A DNA stretch of 62,089 bases, counting the filler, from Dugesia japonica (lineage: Eukaryota): NCBI GenBank assembly GCA_001938525.1. It is 6 parts of 6 records of this genome, joined end to end, with 100 filler letters (N's around TTAATTAATTAA, not from the genome) between each part and the next. Parts side by side here need not be neighbours in the genome. Positions count along the whole stretch, not along the records: positions 12,035 to 25,028 come from MQRL01638617.1; 5 more parts are not named here. One strand, 5' to 3'. The position numbers and the translations under genes were made by a program. Below are positions 13,727-25,128 of this stretch, piece by piece (positions within the stretch are counted from its first letter, which is position 1; every line of letters starts with the position of its first letter). Under the pieces are notes generated by a model. It saw only the letters and a list, made by a program, of their open reading frames with translations, was not told the DNA's origin and did not search any database.

Positions 13727-15041
13727 TTATAAAACCGTTTTCTGAAGTTCATTATCATAAAATCTACCTAGAATTTTTTCATTCTCCAAATCAGTAATTC
13801 CATAAGTTATTGGTTTTGTTTTATAAACTTNGGTTACAACAAATATTTCATTTGTTCACTAAGCTGTAAAACCTTTTTCAAATTTATATTTATATTTAAA
13901 GATTTTAACTCGATCTCCATTTTAAAATTTTGGTTTAAAACTAAAGTTATCATTTTCATGGTTGTGATTTTCGATTATTTCTTTTATTTTATCTGGATTT
14001 TCATTAGCTTCTTTTGGAGTTGTTTTTATGGAACTATGAATTGTATTATTATAATTATTTAAAATTTTTTGTAATAAATTATTATTCCATTTCTGATTTC
14101 CTGTTAATGTAAAGTATTTCCAGATTTTGTTTTTAGAGTTCTAATAAATCTTTCAGCAAAAACTGATTTACATTTTCAGTATGATACAAATTAATTTCAT
14201 TTTCTTTAAGAAATTTACCACAGTACTTTCATCTAATAGCTGATTCTTTGTCAAACCAGATATAATCAGGAATTTGATTATTTTCTTCAAATATATTTTC
14301 ATAAACATCTTTTACTGATTCTTGGTTTTTATTTTTCATTTGTATACAAAAACCATATCTAGAATATAAATCAATACAAACTAAAATATATCTATAACCA
14401 TCAGTTGATTTTTTAACCATATCTATAATTTCACAACCCCAAGTATTATCTTTTTCTTTTATTATTACTTTTAGAAAATGTTTTGGTTTTCTATAATTTT
14501 TGTGAAGTTCATTTGCTAATGTCTCTATATTTTTAAAATTATTTACTTTATTAGTGGGGATGTAACTCACTTTATTCGTTCCAGCTCCTAAAATAATTTT
14601 ACCTTTCATTGCTAATTTTACTAAACCCTTTTGTATCTTTTCTGAAATACTAGGATTAGGAATATTTTTTAAATCATGAATTAAATTTACATCAGCTAAA
14701 TGTCTATCTCTTAAACCTTCTGACTTGTAAGATAAATCATGTTTAAAAGCTGATTCATCTACTCCATTAATTGGTTCTTCTCCAGGTTTCGGATTATTAT
14801 TTTCATCTAATCTTAAATCCAATCTTGTTCCGGGACCAGTATAGTTATGTTTAAACAAATGTATTTCTTCAGAATATTTTTCCCAAGTAAATGGTTTTAA
14901 AATTGTAGAAGTTAATTTAGAAGATTGAAGATCACCACCACTATTAGTTTGAATATTCTTTAAACAAATTCGCAAATGTCTAGCTTTATTTTTTCTGAGT
15001 AATATTTTCTTACAATTTTCACAAATACATTTATTATCCAT
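13727..15041 (-). pseudogene. C2H2 zinc finger - parvovirus-type phospholipase A2 - rve integrase fusion (open 15041-14229, frameshifted afterwards)
   Basis: CENCKK...ARHLRIC; NYTGPGT Ca-loop, DESAFKHDLSY and RHLAD; LANELHK, YILVCIDLYSRY, IWFDKES, FAERFIRTL, PKFKNGDRVKI, GRFYDNELQK*. Confidence 0.9.
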
Positions 15042-15092
15042 TTTATATATTTTTAACTTGAAATATTAAAGTGGCTCCCGTGGAAGCCAACT

Positions 15093-15920
15093 TTAAACAT
15101 AACTTTCTCCTCGCTTACTTTCAATCATTACAATTTTACTATTTGATCATTTCATTTTAATATATTTTTCTTCTAAAATACACCAACATAAAGACCCTTT
15201 AAAATCAGATACTTTAGTTATATGTAAAGTTATATATACGGTATTTATATTTAATTTATCATCTTGGAAACTAACATCAAAACAAAAGATAGGGTACAAA
15301 TCCCCAAATTCTTGAAGAAATAATTGTGGTTCTGTTAAAAAGTTTTACAACAATTTACATAATTTAAATATGGAAAAATCATTTCATTATTTTTAATATT
15401 AAATTTACATTCATTTATATGTATTTTTTATTTGTACTTGAATACTTTTAAGATAATGTTTTGTTGTAACTTTTTTTTCTTTTCATTTTCAACAGTTTTA
15501 CTAATTTGTTGAATAAATAAATTATTATTCTTTTGATATGAAATTTCTGAATCTTTTATTTCAATAAATATATATCTTGTTTTATAAGTTAAATTACTCA
15601 GTTTAACTGAATAATAATTTCCAGAATCTAAAGTCGTTTTAGAGGTAACTCTATTTAAAAATGAAACTTCAATAGGTTTATTTGTGTTAATTCTTTCCAA
15701 CAGATTTACTTCCATTTTTGGAACTAATCTACATTCTTGGATGTGTAGTTTTAAAGTCATTAATTTTAAAGTAGCAGTTGTACTTGCGTCCCCATAAAAT
15801 ATTAAATTATCATTCATTTATCTATTACAAGTAAATTCAATCATTGTATTATACAACAATCTCTTGTAACATTGTAAAAAACCAAATAAATTTTTTTAAA
15901 GGAAAATAACCTTCAAATGT
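15093..15920 (-). pseudogene. Major capsid protein (double jelly-roll, hexon-like), C-terminal half
   Basis: Aligns by eye with 39150-40080 (FEGYFPLK, TNKPIEVSFLNR, YIFI, FGDLYPIFCFDVS); YP.F.FD.S is a typical Polinton capsid tail motif. Confidence 0.8.
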
Positions 15921-15935
15921 CTTTTTTGAAATGTC

Positions 15936-16073
15936 TTACAAGTTCAGCCAAATAATACAAATATATGTGGTATCTTATGCCGTTATGTTTTATATATGTG
16001 AAACAATACAGATATTTCTTTTCTCAAAATTATTGATTCTATTTACTCAGATTTAGAAACACTTTTTAAATAA
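15936..16073 (+). pseudogene. Adenain-like cysteine protease, C-terminal fragment
   Basis: LQVQPNNTNICGILCRYVLYM matches the Q-x5-CG-x2-C catalytic cysteine motif of Polinton/adenovirus proteases. Confidence 0.7.
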
Positions 16074-16088
16074 ATAAGTAAAATAAAA

Positions 16089-17613
16089 ATGAGCAATTTT
16101 ATACCTACAAGTAAATCTGGTTTAACTATTCAATCAAGTGATTTTAATTTAGAAGATGTTATTAAACATAATGAAGCTAAATTAGACAAACCTTTAGAAT
16201 ACAAGCTAAATTATAAAATTACTAGCGAGATAAACAATCTTGATAAAGTTTATGTAAATGAAACGGGGGGGGAAATAGAAAGACTAGAAGTTATTCAAGA
16301 ACCTAAAAATGATAATGATGTTGTAAACAACAAATATTTAAAGAAATATATAGATCAAATTAAAAAGGATATAGATTATAAAACAAATTTTAGAATAGAC
16401 TCACTTATTACTAGAGTGAATGAAATAATTAAATCTAGAATAACAAATTTTAAAATTAAATTAGATAAAGAAATTAAAGATTTAACAGATAAAGAAATAA
16501 ATTCTTTAAAGGATACAGCTGAATTAAAAACAAATGACAAAGTTAACCAAGTTACATTTAATTCTTTTAAACAAGATCAATATAAAGAAATGAAATCTTT
16601 AAACGATAGTGTAAAAATGTCGAATTAAAATCAAATTATAAAATAAATCAAGTTGAATTTAATTCTTTTAAAGTGAAAAAGGAAACGGCTTTAAAGAGTC
16701 TTCAAAAAAATTTTAGTAATAAATTAAATAACATTCATCCACGATAACCTTTCTTTAAAAATTTATATATATATACTTTTTAAATTGATTTATTATCAAA
16801 CATTAATAAAATAAAGCATTATGAAAAAGCATATAATTTAAAAATAAGATTTTTGATATCATGTCATTTTCCTTTAGGTTAAGATAATATAAATGATAAT
16901 CTTAATTATGAAGATTTAAGTGATAATAGATTAACTATAAAAAGTAAGCCTGATTTAAAATTATAAAATAAACCAGATGGAAAAACTCTTTTTATTAGTC
17001 GAAATAAATGTTTTTATTTAAATAAAGGAGATCAATTTATTTCTAATTATGAATTTTAAAAAGATTTTGTTTTTATTATTCTGTTTAATAGAGAGAGTTA
17101 TTCAGATTCTTTTATTCAGAATGTGTGTTTATTAGAAGTCATAAAGAGAGTAAAACGATAAGTCAAATTGAAAAAGCATCAAATAACGCCTTAACATATC
17201 CAAATATATTAGGTGAATATGAAGATTATAAAAATTATGTATATTTGGATTATAACAAATTATATAAAGATAAAAAAGATAATTTAACTTTCTTTAGTAC
17301 TCCTAAAACTCATAAAAATTTATTATATATAGAAAAGAATGGAAATCAAATTATTCTTAATCAAAATAATGATAAAAATAAACAAACCATGACTATAAAT
17401 AGAAATTTTGAATTTGGTAAATTCGTTATAGGAGATAAAAATACGAGTAGATTTATTTATGAATATTTATGTTGTGAAAATAGTAGAGGTAAAAAATATA
17501 ACAGTGATATATTTCAACAGTTTTATAATCTTTATCGCATACAAACAAGACTAGCTCGCGATGTTAATAATAAAAATACTAATGAAACAATTATAAAAGC
17601 AAAGTTTTATTAA
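16089..17613 (+). pseudogene. Fibre/spike-like protein of element A (broken into several frames)
   Basis: YVNETGG...EPKNDNDVVNNKYL resembles the P....DA.NK.YV fibre motif, followed by coiled-coil and a beta-rich C-terminal part. Confidence 0.4.
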
Positions 17614-17671
17614 ATTAAAAGAAATAAAATCTTAATTTTATTAAAAGCATAATATCTTAATTTTATGAAAA

Positions 17672-18265
17672 ATGGAGAAAGAATATCATAATATTTATCC
17701 TGATATAAATGAAGTAGATCAATTTAATCTAACTGCATCTTTAGATGATTATAAAAATAAATTAAAAACATTAAGAATTAAAGATTTTGAAAATGATTTA
17801 ACATTCCTAACTGATAAAATAAATCATTATAATAAATTATATAGAAGATGGAAAATGTTTGATACAGGTGTAAGATATACCGATATTTTAATAAGAAGTT
17901 TATTTGGTGCAGCAGGAATAACCATGACCGTTTTAGCTACAAGTGGTATAGTTATTTTGACTTTATCTGTTATTATTCTTGGAACATTTTCTTTAACTAA
18001 TTTTATTGCTCATGATTTATTAAACATTGGTTTAATTAAAAGAAGAAAGAAGAAATATAATGATTTAACTAAAGAATAAGAAACAAGTAAAAATAAATTA
18101 TTTCTTTATCATCAAAAATGTTTACATGATAATATATTAACAGATGAAGAAATAAATACTAGTAAAACTATTGTTAATGAAATCAAAAATAAAATATTAA
18201 AGATTAAAACCGATATTGAAGTTAAAGAGAAAAAGGAAATAGATAAAGATGATACTTTTTATTAA
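17672..18265 (+). pseudogene. Two-transmembrane coiled-coil protein of element A
   Basis: HYNKLYRRWK, then the hydrophobic stretch LFGAAGITMTVLATSGIVILTLSVIILGTFSL, then KRRKKKY; the frame continues past an internal stop (CLHDNILTDEEI). Confidence 0.55.
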
Positions 18266-19014
18266 CAAAGCTAAAGGAAATGGAATCTTTTATAAATCAA
18301 CCTACTCCAAAAGTAAGAAAGAAAATAAATTAGAAAGTAAATTAGAAATAGATTATAATTGGTTAAATTGTATAAAATTGAAAATTAATTATAAAAATTA
18401 AAAATGGAAGAATTTATTGAAGAACTAACTAATACGGAAGAATTTAAAAATGAAATTAAAGACGAATGTGATAAAGTTAAACAGTTATCTATAATTAATA
18501 AAACTGAATTATATTTAGATATTTTTATAAAAAAACCAACAATACATACATTGCATTAAAATAATGTGTGACACCATTTGCTATTTAGACGATGAAAATA
18601 ATAAATATGAATAAGTAATATGAATTGGGAAAAGAAAACGATGAATTGAAAAAAAAATTATAAATATAAAAATTATATAATTACTGTTCAACTTGATCAC
18701 ATTCATCTTTAATTTCATTTTTAAATTCTTCAATAAATTCTTCCATTTTTAATTTTTATAATTAATTTTCAATTTTATACAATTTAACCAATTATAATCN
18801 NNNNNNNNNNNNNNNNNNNNNNNNNNNNNNNNNNNNNNNNNNNNNNNNNTTCAATTTTATACAATTTAACCAATTATAATCTATTTCTAATTTACTTTCT
18901 AATTTATTTTCTTTCTTACTTTTAGAGTAGGTTGATTTATTAAAGATTCCATTTCCTTTAGCTTTGTTAATAAAAAAAGTATTATCTTTATCTCTTTCTT
19001 TTTCCTCTTTAACT
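18220..19014. repeat. Inverted duplication: arms 18220-18485 and 18683-19014
   Basis: The right arm is the reverse complement of the left, with several substitutions and one short indel; the right arm contains an N gap. Confidence 0.85.
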
Positions 19015-19015
19015 A

Positions 19016-19056
<41 letters not shown>

Positions 19057-19059
19057 TCA

Positions 19060-19350
19060 AATAATAATATTTTTCTTTCAATTACAAATAAAATAATTCT
19101 GTCAATTTCAAATAAAATATTTCTTTCATTTTCAATAAAATTAATTCTTTAAATTACAATCAATATAATTTCTTTCAATTTAAATTAAAATCAATTCTTT
19201 TAATTTCAAATAAAATTAATTCTTTCAATTTCAAGTAAAATAATTCTTTCAATTTCAAATAAAATCATTTCTTTTAATTTTAAATAAAATTATTCTTTAA
19301 AAATAAAAAATTAGTAAAGAAAAATACCTTTTCAATTTCAAGTGAAAAAT
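19060..19350. repeat. Tandem repeat of ~23-24 nt (AAATAAAATTAATTCTTTCAATTT), preceded by (TA)n at 19022-19052
   Basis: Visible directly in the sequence. Confidence 0.8.
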
Positions 19351-19841
19351 TTAAAAAAAATTTACCTTGTGAATGCATCGTTCGACTTTATATCGAACTG
19401 ATTCAACACATTCTGCACACCACAACCTCACACAAACACAAACTCCAGATTCCCCCAATCACTTGTTTTTTTTCACGGTTGATTCTCATGTCTATAATCA
19501 GACTATGAGACAAAGTTTGAAGTGAATTAACAAAGATTGTTAATTAACTTCAAACTAGGTTAATTTATTTATTTTATTTTTGTTATTTTTTTAGATTTCA
19601 AGTTAAGCCAAGGAGATAATAATAAAAATATATATAATTTATAGATAATTTATAGTTTTAATATTATATTTTAATGGTATAAATTATATATTATTATAAT
19701 AAAATATAATAAAATCTATTATAAATATGAAATTACATTAAAATATTTCATTCAAAATCATAAATAAACTAATAAATCAAAATCGAAATCGTCATAATAT
19801 AAATCAACTCTTTAAAGTACTAAAATTAATATCTTAATCAA

Positions 19842-19894
<53 letters not shown>
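19842..19894. repeat. (AAT)n microsatellite
   Basis: Visible directly in the sequence. Confidence 0.95.
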
Positions 19895-19896
<2 letters not shown>

Positions 19897-20689
19897 GTTT
19901 ATAGTAATAATAATAATTTTAAATTTTAATAAATCGATCATAATAATAATAACTCGAAATAAATTTAATAAATCTCTAATTTTTAACTTCAATAATTCTT
20001 CATATATTTTAATCCTAAATCCAATAAATTCAACTACAATAAATCTAGTTCTATACAATAATAATGATAATATTAAGAATAGTAAATATAATCTAATTCA
20101 TAATATAAAATCAATACACGTGATATTTCAAATTCAAACAATAAATCTGTATAACCATAACTCAAAATCATCAAACCCTTTTATATCCTAATCTCCTTGA
20201 CCTGCTCAATTTTAATTTTATTAATATTCGTTTTCTAGCCCAACACATGTATAAATACCCTTTATAAAATTTATTATTCATAAATAATGATTGCAAATAT
20301 TAATTACAGGGTGAAAGTTATTCATTGAATTTAGAGTAAGATGAGATTTACAATTGGTAAACCAGCTCAATTTGTGGTGAAAACATATAAGTATACTTTT
20401 GTTTTCTTTCAGACAAGAAGCTATCGAATCAGAGGATGTAAGAAACCTATAAAACCATAAAACTCCAAGTTTAATATCAAGTATATTCAATTTCAAAATC
20501 GCTTAAAATTGTCAACCATTTGGGGATTATGATCAATTTATATCAATTATCCAAAGTAATCAAGCGTTGGTATAAACCATAAATATTTCTAGGATAAAGA
20601 ATTTCAAAATACGATCCCATATGTGTTAATTTATTTTCAAGTGGAAAAATTGTACTAGTTAGTAAGAAAACATTAAATTGTTTTGTAAA

Positions 20690-21740
20690 AACTATGAGTA
20701 GAAAAGACTTTACCGATATTTTACTAAAAAAATGCACGGCGTCAGCAAATAAAAACGGATAAATTTGCAATGATATCAAATGCTTGGAATTTCTTCATTG
20801 AAAAATGCCAGAATTGTTACGTACCCGGACAAAAAATTACAATTGACGAACAATGATTTCTAACCAAAACAAGATGCAGATATATTAAGTACATGCTGAA
20901 CAAACCCAAAAGATTCGGAATAAAATTTTGGTTGGCATCTGATCACACTAGTAAATTAGTTATTATTGGGTTCCTGTATTTGTTAATGGACGACATAAGG
21001 CAGTCTTCAATTCTTTTGAGCGAGTTTACCTGAACTGAAAAGAATGTATTTATTAAATGAATAATTAACATTCATTTTTGCATTTAAAAAATGAACACTT
21101 TTCATTCTAAGATTTATTCAAGACAACACAAATACACAACATATAAATTTGACTTTTCAAAAAAATTTTAAAAATTTTATAACTGAGACTTGAAACATAA
21201 AATATTAGTTTATCAAAATATTTTTTTAAATAAAATTTCAAAATACAATATCAAAATGTTTTAAAGAAAATTAAATTTATTAAATTTTATTGTTTTTAAC
21301 ATAATATATTATTTATGACTACGAATTATAAAATTTTAATATAAACTGTAAATTACAAATTTTTTAATTTACCAACAAATTATAAATTTAAAAATTCCTT
21401 TTCTTGAAACATTTGATTAAATAAAATTACAAAAATTAAATATTTAATTTATTTATTTAGTATATTTAAAATTTACTAAAAATTATAAATTTAAAGTTAA
21501 GTTTNNNNNNNNNNNNNNNNNNNNGTAAAACTTTATGTTTATTTCACAAATTTCTTTTATAATTTAATTAAAAATATTTAATAAAATAAGTTTAATAATT
21601 TTGTCTCAATATACAAGAAATTCATAAAACGTACTACATTGGTTGGAACTATTCGTACAAAAAGAGAATTAACCAAACTTACTAAACAAATAAAGATAGT
21701 TTACCTCGATTTTCATCTGGTATTTATAAAACAATTTTAC
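20690..21740 (+). mobile_element. piggyBac transposase remnant (20690-21030 and 21620-21740)
   Basis: CQNCYVPGQKITIDEQ*FLTKTRCRYIKYMLNKPKRFGIKFWLASD and later TTLVGTIR. Confidence 0.85.
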
Positions 21741-22075
21741 ACATTCATTTTGTTGCTACAAAGTAATAAAATAAGTTATTGATCTGAAAATTGATTTATA
21801 ACTCGCAAATACATTATTGCTTATAACTACCAAACAGCATCACTAAACTAGTACGCATTAATTTTTTTATTTGATTTCTAATGAAGTCTCAAATATTTTG
21901 CAACACACCTTAAAATAAAATTAGAATAAAATTGAAAAATATCAATAATTTCGTTTAAATTAAATAAATGAAATTAATTTTTTTATAGTTTTAATTAAAT
22001 TTTTTCTGAAGAATGTAGATACACATTTAATTGATAAAAATAATAATTAAAACTTTAATTAAATATTTGCTTAGT

Positions 22076-22145
22076 CCATGGGTGGCCAACCCAAATGATC
22101 TTAAGGGCCACTTTGGAAATGCATCATAACGCCGCGGGACGCATA
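22076..22145 (+). mobile_element. hAT-like non-autonomous element end
   Basis: CATGGGTGGCCAACC...GGGCCAC...GCGGGACGCA resembles CAGGGGTGGCCAAC hAT termini with GGGCCRCA subterminal motifs; no partner end found. Confidence 0.45.
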
Positions 22146-23843
22146 TAAAATTATAATCACATTTAGAGTCTAAATTTACACATTTTTTGGAGTTAAAAAT
22201 TGGAACATAACATTATTGTGTTTAATATTATTCTTACGTGTAAAAATAGATAATATAATAGATAATAATATAAAAATATGATAATAACGTATATTGTAAA
22301 AAATATATAGGTTGAGATAGGTACCATAAACACAATGCAAACGCATATAAAACATGCAAATACACATAACATATTAGTCAATTCTGAGTATTCAATAATA
22401 ATCAATCAATCAACATTCAATAATAAATCATGAAGCAACATTCGATAATAAATCAAAGGCAATCAACATTCGATAATTGAGTGCAAAACTTATCTATTAA
22501 AACTATATTTATAAAAGACTTCATTATGTGAATTCATTATGTTAATTTTAATTTTATTGATTGAACAAATGTGATTAATGTAAATAATAATTTTGTGATT
22601 ATTTTATTTTATGAAGAACTTAATGCAATTTATGTTTATTTTAATGAAATTTTATTTAATGTTATAAATATTTATTATATGTGAACGGAATAATGTCTGT
22701 TCACCCTGACTTTTTAAAAAGTCAAAATATCGAATTGTTATCCGATATCAATATAAAAAACTAAAAAAACTTTGATCAAAGCTTTTATATTATATTATTA
22801 TTTATTACATTATTTATACATTTCATTTAACGATATATATATTGTATAATATTTGTACTAACATACGAAAGAAAAGTCAACACCCATAAATCGATAAACA
22901 TATTTCTTATCCAATAGCTTTAAATTAACGAATCATAAAAGAACTTGTTGAATAGACATATAACACTAAAAATGAAATATAAAAAATATATAAATATAAA
23001 TGAAATTAAAAAAAGTCAAATCATTAAAAAATATTTATTCTACAAGTGTATTATTTGTTTCATCACTTTTCACTTTGTTTTTGTAAATTTTTTTNNNNNN
23101 NNNNNNNNNNNNNNNNNNNNNNNNNNNNNNNNNNNNNNNNNNNNNNNNNNNNNNNNNNNNNNNNNNNNNNNNNNNNNNNNNNNNNNNNNNNNNNNNNNNN
23201 NNNNNNNNNNNNNNNNNNNNNNNNNNNNNNNNNNAATTTTTAATGTAAAGATGAAATAATTTAAGGAGAATTTGTTTAATAAAATCATTTGAAATCTATA
23301 AAAAATCAAAAAAGTCAAATGTAACTCCAAAAATAAATAGTGGTGAAATATCACAGGCTTTTTAAATTTAAAAAATTAAATTTAAAACACCTATATACAT
23401 GCTATGATGACAAATTTCATATAGTGGTAATTGTAATTAGAATGCGGACGGAATTTCAATCTGACGTATTGGCGAGGAGTTATTAAATATTTTAAATTTA
23501 AATGCAGTACATGTATAATGACAGAAATTTAATTATAATAAATAACATTTGTTTCTTACATAAAATAATTTATTAAATTGGAATGAAAATTATTTATGCC
23601 AAAAAAAATATTACAATTTCAACAATTATTTAAATTACAGACAACAAAAAATGAAAATAAAAGTTATCAAAATAAAATAAAATCCAAATTTTAAAAATTA
23701 TTTTATTTCCATTTTCTATAAATAATAAATCAATACTGTTACAAAACTTATAAACGAAATATGACAGATTTAATTAAAATAAATTAATAAAAAAATAATT
23801 TACATAAACAAATTAATAAGGAAAATTATCGATAAAACATATT

Positions 23844-25022
23844 TCATTTCAAATAAAACTGTGCAGTAATCTTAGATCTTGTTTCTGAATTAAATGAATC
23901 TATTATCTTTTGGAAATAATTCCAAATCCTATCATTCGGTTTATTGTTTGTTCTCAACAAATATTCATTTGCCAATCTTAAGATCCTCTTCAATAAATAC
24001 AGAATATTCAAATTCTTTTTAATTTGAAAACAAGAATGTAATATTTCAATATTGGTTTCTTTTAACAGTATTGTGTTAATGATTTCATCATCGATTTCTA
24101 TTTCTTCTACTGAAATAATTGCTTCTTGCTTGTTTCTAAAATTTTTTATTCCCTCGTTAATTATTTTTCTACCCTTCGCAATACATGTTTTATATTTATC
24201 AATTGTTGATGACTGATTACTGACAATATCATTTTCTGTATATTTATGAGAAACATTTTCATTTTTGTACAAATTTTCAAAACAATTAATAAACAAATGA
24301 CTTCCACTCTCATAATTGGTACTATTGGATAAAACTGCATAACAAATTAAACAAGTATTTCTGTTAATATTTAAATTTGGGAAGTTTGAATATTTCAATA
24401 AAAATTCTTTAAATTTTATTTCTGGACTTGTAAACTTGTAAAAAGAATACAAAATATCGATTCTCCAATTTGATTTTATAAAATCAATAGGATCATATAA
24501 AACGTATTCGTAATATAATAAATAATTATACATTTCATAAATCCTTGAGTTTATATCAAATTTCAAATTTGAATTTTTAGAAATTTTTCTTTTGTATAAT
24601 TCAATAACATCAGAATTCATTTTAACACTTTCAAATGATACAAAATCCGGGGAATTATTTTCAATAATTGATTGGATATTCTGAAAANAAATTTCCTCAT
24701 TTCTTAAATTATTTTCGTACCCGGTCCTCATCTCCCTACATATATATTCATTATTTCGATTTCTTTGCAATTCTAGAATACTTTCAAAATCTGATTTCAT
24801 CAAAATTTCAGGTTGATTATTTAAACCATCATGTCGAGAAATATCAATAATCTCAGTCATATCAAATGGACATTTTTTTAAAGATCTAGAATTTTGAGTT
24901 AAACATGAGCAACAAAATCTATGTTTATCATTACATTGTGTAAAACCAAATAACGGTTCTTCATCCATTGATGAAAAACAAATACTACATTCTTGAATTA
25001 TTTCTTTTTGGTCTACTGACAT
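23844..25022 (-). CDS. Intronless RING-finger (C3HC4-type) protein, putative E3 ligase; start may be cut by the contig end
   Basis: 392-codon ORF with CSIC...C.DKH.FCCSC...CPFD at the N-terminus and a possible degenerate second RING (CLIC...HLFINC). Confidence 0.7.
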   Translation of the reverse strand: MSVDQKEIIQECSICFSSMDEEPLFGFTQCNDKHRFCCSCLTQNSRSLKKCPFDMTEIIDISRHDGLNNQPEILMKSDFESILELQRNRNNEYICREMRTGYENNLRNEEIXFQNIQSIIENNSPDFVSFESVKMNSDVIELYKRKISKNSNLKFDINSRIYEMYNYLLYYEYVLYDPIDFIKSNWRIDILYSFYKFTSPEIKFKEFLLKYSNFPNLNINRNTCLICYAVLSNSTNYESGSHLFINCFENLYKNENVSHKYTENDIVSNQSSTIDKYKTCIAKGRKIINEGIKNFRNKQEAIISVEEIEIDDEIINTILLKETNIEILHSCFQIKKNLNILYLLKRILRLANEYLLRTNNKPNDRIWNYFQKIIDSFNSETRSKITAQFYLK

Positions 25023-25028
25023 TCTGTT

Positions 25029-25128
25029 NNNNNNNNNNNNNNNNNNNNNNNNNNNNNNNNNNNNNNNNNNNNTTAATTAATTAANNNNNNNNNNNNNNNN
25101 NNNNNNNNNNNNNNNNNNNNNNNNNNNN
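25029..25128. other. Artificial contig-joining spacer
   Basis: 44N-TTAATTAATTAA-44N. Confidence 0.95.

Larger units (their letters stand above)
12078..18670. mobile_element. Polinton/Maverick (adintovirus-like) element A, decayed and internally deleted
   Basis: Compact intronless cluster. Minus strand: major capsid, ZnF-PLA2-integrase, core protein, conserved ORF, penton. Plus strand: protease C-terminus, fibre-like ORF, membrane ORF. Confidence 0.88.

Noticed and set aside
19060-19350. CRISPR-like array
   Set aside because: No unique spacers; a plain tandem repeat in eukaryotic DNA with no cas genes.
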